The notes under the pieces are model-generated. The model made no database searches and was not told the DNA's origin. It saw nothing but the letters and a program-made list of their open reading frames with translations. Below, piece by piece: positions 60,432 through 64,000 of a DNA stretch of 64,000 nt. Position 1 is the first letter of the stretch. Every line of letters starts with the position of its first letter. This DNA comes from Candidatus Latescibacterota bacterium (GTDB lineage: Bacteria; Latescibacterota; UBA2968), in contig OZ220741.1 in NCBI GenBank assembly GCA_965116885.1, positions 1,728,001 to 1,792,000 on the forward strand. Reading direction: 5' to 3'. Made by a program: the position numbers and the translations under genes.

Positions 60432-61042
60432 GCGTATCAAGTAAACCAATCCCCAAAGGATTTTTCTGTTTATTGGCTCAATTTTATGTGATGTTGTGCT
60501 GCGGATCGCGGATGGGGCATTGCCTATGTCATTTGTTAAATCTTTATTTGCTTCAGATCACTCAGTATATCAAAAAGGGGATTATATAGGATAGTGCCGA
60601 AACAGGTATTGCTCATATATACCTCTTTAATAGAAAAAATGCCCACCTTTTATCAGGCGGGCATTCAGTTTGAAATTCTTTAACAACTACGTAGTAACAG
60701 TATGCATAGCACGACTACGACAGCAATCCCTATCGCACAATACCGCTCCCACTTATCTTCCGAAAAAAACATTTCGAGAAAACCTAAAGACTCCCTCAAC
60801 GCCCAGACAAGAAAAAGAACCGCAACAATGATGAGAAAAACCCACTACGATATAATGACAAAACCAAACAGTTTCATTTATTGTGTATTTATCTCGGCAG
60901 GAGGGCTCTGGCAGTGGTGCTTGCAGGACATGGATGACAATGGGAAGATTTGCTTGATCTCTGAGGTCTTCCCTTCTCTCGATGCCTGCCAGTGCGACTT
61001 CACGGTAAAGAGGGGACTGGCGTAGAATTGAAAGATTGGCAG

Positions 61043-61447
61043 CTACTTAGGCATTTTTTGCTCCAAATTTGCAGATATTTTTGGCACTCCTGTTTGGATA
61101 CTTAGCACAGTAGTCCATTTATCCCATTTTGTGCCCGGGACTACAGTGATTTTTTGACGTTTTAAGTCTGGAGTCGCTATCAATTTGTCGGGGCATTTAA
61201 GACACCAAATACCAATATGGTCAGGATCTTCCCCCTTTGGCACTCGCCATTCTATATAGTTGTAGAAAACTATTTCTTTGCCTATATAATGAAAGATTTT
61301 GAAGGCATCCCTTCTGATCTCATAATATGAGTACCCCGGCCCGGATATTTCATTTGTGGTATCTGGCTTGCCTTTATGTAACCGAACAGAAACGCCAGAT
61401 CTAAACATGTTTTTTCGCATGTGCCTGACAGCTACTTGTGAAAGCAT
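61043..61447 (-). CDS. Hypothetical protein
   Basis: AAAGGGA RBS; 134-aa ORF in a run of minus-strand genes. Confidence 0.55.
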   Translation of the reverse strand: MLSQVAVRHMRKNMFRSGVSVRLHKGKPDTTNEISGPGYSYYEIRRDAFKIFHYIGKEIVFYNYIEWRVPKGEDPDHIGIWCLKCPDKLIATPDLKRQKITVVPGTKWDKWTTVLSIQTGVPKISANLEQKMPK

Positions 61448-61490
61448 ATTATCCCTTTCTTTTGCTAATCCCCCTCTACAAGCTAATAAT

Positions 61491-61859
61491 TTATACTTCC
61501 AACTTCAATTCTGGGTATGCAAGTATCATTGCTGATATTATCCAAAGAACGGGAATGATGCTCAGTAGTGCTATCCTCATTTTTGTTCTTGACTTCCTCC
61601 AAATGAATATCGCTGTTAATCCGAGCCATAAACTTTGTATCGCTGTAACACCGACTGCTTCTGCAAGTATCCTGATGTCTCCTTCGACAAAGAGTATTAG
61701 CCATCCTTGCCCTTCAAAGAATGCTCTCAGCGCATATTCTGGCACTTGTTCATAGGTAGCATTGCTGATTAGTCCACCCCCGACTATAAAGGTTGCATAT
61801 CCTAAGAGGGAAAGTATCGGCAGTCCAAAATCGTTCCTCATATTGAATTTATTCTGCAT
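61491..61859 (-). CDS. Hypothetical membrane protein
   Basis: About 3 hydrophobic helices. Confidence 0.55.
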   Translation of the reverse strand: MQNKFNMRNDFGLPILSLLGYATFIVGGGLISNATYEQVPEYALRAFFEGQGWLILFVEGDIRILAEAVGVTAIQSLWLGLTAIFIWRKSRTKMRIALLSIIPVLWIISAMILAYPELKLEV

Positions 61860-61872
61860 CGCTCATCTTTAT

Positions 61873-62112
61873 TTATGTATGATGTCCAACAAGCAATCTA
61901 TTTCCTTTCCTGCGATTACAGGACTTGTGGGCGAGTTGGAGGTTGGCGTACGTATTCGGACCGCCCAAACTCCGCGGCCAAATATGATCCCTTTCTGTGA
62001 GCCCGAGGCTTATCAAGATGGGATGGATGTATCCACCACAGATCCCACATTGTCCATCCTGCCGCTCATATAACAGGCAATTCAGCAGGTGTTTCAGGTC
62101 ATCCCTGTTCAT
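61873..62112 (-). CDS. Small HNH endonuclease
   Basis: RQDGQCGICG, DHIWPRSLGG..NLQLAHKSCNRRKG. Confidence 0.9.
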   Translation of the reverse strand: MNRDDLKHLLNCLLYERQDGQCGICGGYIHPILISLGLTERDHIWPRSLGGPNTYANLQLAHKSCNRRKGNRLLVGHHT

Positions 62113-62345
62113 GTCGCACCGCCTTCCTTATTTGTGCTTGCAACACGAACGGACATTCAGTATATTTACACCTGACTGGCATGCGCGTGTTGAAAGTTTT
62201 GGGTGAGGCCCCTCCTGTTCCAACCAGGAGCGGGCCTCTGTCGTTCTGTGCTCTTTGCGCTGCCATGAACCATGCAGGATTTACGCATTCCCGTCAAGCG
62301 GTTTCCTTCTTCGCCCCCAATTCTTTTTATTGTCTCCTACGTGGT

Positions 62346-62810
62346 TTATGGACACCAATTATATTTTCTTATTTCCACGATCCAAACAGCGTGATCAAAA
62401 GAATAGGGCCCCCAACAAAGATCAATAACTGTTTGACCATGATGAGTTATCCATCTTAGCTGTTGTCCTTTGTGGGGCGGTTGTTCATCATCGTCTGTGA
62501 CAGGACTACCATATTTCTCCATTAAACATTCTTCGAGCTTTGAACACAATGCTTGAATTTTTGAAGGTTCTTGGCGCTTAAAATTATACACCATCTCCTG
62601 CAATTCATGGGTCTCTGTATTGTTTTTTGAAAAGTTATAGCTTAAACGGCAAGATTGATCATCAAAGAGGGTGCCTTCATATTCAATATGCCCTCCCAGC
62701 GGATATGTGCCAGCAACAAATGGTTGTCTTAGGGCCCATTTTTCAGTATTTCTAACTTTTTCGATTGAATCGCCCCAAAAAACGCCTCTAATACTAAATT
62801 CTTGGTTCAT
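62346..62810 (-). CDS. Hypothetical protein
   Basis: GAGGAG RBS before MNQEF; RGVFWGDSIEKVR..E and L.EKYGSP patterns. Confidence 0.55.
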   Translation of the reverse strand: MNQEFSIRGVFWGDSIEKVRNTEKWALRQPFVAGTYPLGGHIEYEGTLFDDQSCRLSYNFSKNNTETHELQEMVYNFKRQEPSKIQALCSKLEECLMEKYGSPVTDDDEQPPHKGQQLRWITHHGQTVIDLCWGPYSFDHAVWIVEIRKYNWCP

Positions 62811-62950
62811 ATTCTCCTCATTTCTCCTGATGTTTTTATTCAATGCATCCTACCAAAATATACAGCATGCATGGCAGTTTGTTGAGCATATTTTACCTTA
62901 TTACCTACCACACAACAATTTATACCTCCGGTACTATTGCATATAGTAGT

Positions 62951-63163
62951 TTACGAGAAGGCCGCCCAAAACTGCTGTCTAGCATGTTCTCCTGCCATAG
63001 CTTGGGTATCGGGATAGTTGTCGATCTTGCTCCAGTATCCACCATCGCTTGGAAAGTGCCTGCCTTCCTCGATGATAAGCCTGCTGTTCTCTCCATACTC
63101 ACTACGATAGATGCCAGCACTCTGGCACACCTCGCCTGCATGACCTCCAAATGGGGTGGCCAT
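62951..63163 (-). CDS. Small YjzC-like protein
   Basis: AAAGGA RBS; GEVCQSAGIY..EGRHFP..W pattern. Confidence 0.5.
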   Translation of the reverse strand: MATPFGGHAGEVCQSAGIYRSEYGENSRLIIEEGRHFPSDGGYWSKIDNYPDTQAMAGEHARQQFWAAFS

Positions 63164-63366
63164 GTTAGATCCTTTCTGCCTTGACAAGCGACTCGCTATG
63201 CGATAAATTGTGAGCAACCTTCAAGGCTTGTATGGTTATTGTCGTGGGATGGCTCACTTTATGCGGAGTGAGCCATTTCCTTTTGTGCGCTTTGCACTGA
63301 CATGAACATGACTGAAAAGGCAATCCCCGTCAAGCGTTTTACATCTCTCGGAAGAAAGTAGAAAAG

Positions 63367-64000
63367 ATGAGCAACAGAGAGGTATTGGCCTGCGCAGCAT
63401 ACTATCATGCGCTCAGCCATTGGTGTGCAGCAGCGTATATGGAAGAGCAGATCCTCAAATTTTTTGAAGAAAATCCAGAGGATTACTTTAGCTCGGCGTT
63501 TACGGAAAAACTATACCCGTTTTTCTTTAGGTGCAATGTTGTCCATTCTATAACTAATGCATACGAACACCTTTTAAGATCAATTATTTATTCTGAAGGT
63601 AAGGGACTTACAAAAAAAGCTAGAGAGGATATGGGTATGTATGGGCATAACCTCGAAAAAAAGGTGCGCCATATATCCTCGGAGACAATAGAAAAATTTG
63701 ATAACAACATCAAAATTTGGTTACAAGATTTGCAACATATACAGAATGCCATGGAGATAAGTGATCAAAGTCAGACCTTGGAACATATCTCAGAAGATAT
63801 CAACTCTCTTGAAAAACTGGCAAAATATATTTGGCAAAACCAAAAATTGACAGATGTACGATATATGTATGAGTATAAAAAAGTGTCTATTATGCCATCC
63901 TTTGGTGCAATGGCGGTCTCTATAGTTTTAAGCTCCATTTTATCAGCCCAACATGTCATCCTGTTAGAGTACCCAATCTATCGTCGTGAAAATGTATATA
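63367..64000 (+). CDS. HEPN-domain protein, truncated by the window end (absent from the ORF track)
   Basis: Manual translation, open to the end: MSNREVLACA..NAYEHLLRSII..GHNLEK..DVRYMYE. Confidence 0.55.
   Translation, partial: MSNREVLACAAYYHALSHWCAAAYMEEQILKFFEENPEDYFSSAFTEKLYPFFFRCNVVHSITNAYEHLLRSIIYSEGKGLTKKAREDMGMYGHNLEKKVRHISSETIEKFDNNIKIWLQDLQHIQNAMEISDQSQTLEHISEDINSLEKLAKYIWQNQKLTDVRYMYEYKKVSIMPSFGAMAVSIVLSSILSAQHVILLEYPIYRRENVY

Overview
Bacterial chromosomal window. Gene content (dockerin/EF-hand-like DxDxDG tags on secreted enzymes, a PL8 chondroitinase, a GWxTD protein, a sulfatase, ceramidase-like hydrolases, GTAG-type REP elements) suggests a Latescibacterota/Gemmatimonadota-like, possibly animal- or sponge-associated organism; this is inference only. 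Most of the window is housekeeping or catabolic (glyQS fusion, pyrB, monomeric icd, pckA, rsmD, larA, ABC transporters). Five things stand out. (1) An AT-richer ~10.3 kb operon (30.9-41.1 kb) behind a sigma54 promoter encodes an atypical REC-AraC regulator, HlyD plus ABC exporter, a Cys-free precursor with a CLI_3235-like leader, TPR, CPBP protease, GNAT, an S8 protease fused to a TIGR04066/DUF1611-like domain, an ACP and a BtrH-like protein, with no radical SAM enzyme. It is a candidate new ACP-dependent acylated peptide/protein maturation and export system. (2) A 92-aa DUF5069-like gene (16690-16968, minus strand), missed by the ORF track, has an in-frame UGA at the expected Cys position and a canonical bacterial SECIS hairpin, so it is a candidate selenoprotein. 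(3) A cluster of promoter-driven small hairpin RNAs with mutually complementary loops (1.27-1.62 kb). (4) A pyrL-like attenuator before pyrB. (5) An AT-rich accessory tail (55.4-64 kb) with 100-bp direct repeats, internally duplicated proteins, HNH and HEPN genes, and a duplicated promoter/leader module. All family assignments come from motif recognition by eye; no database searches were run.
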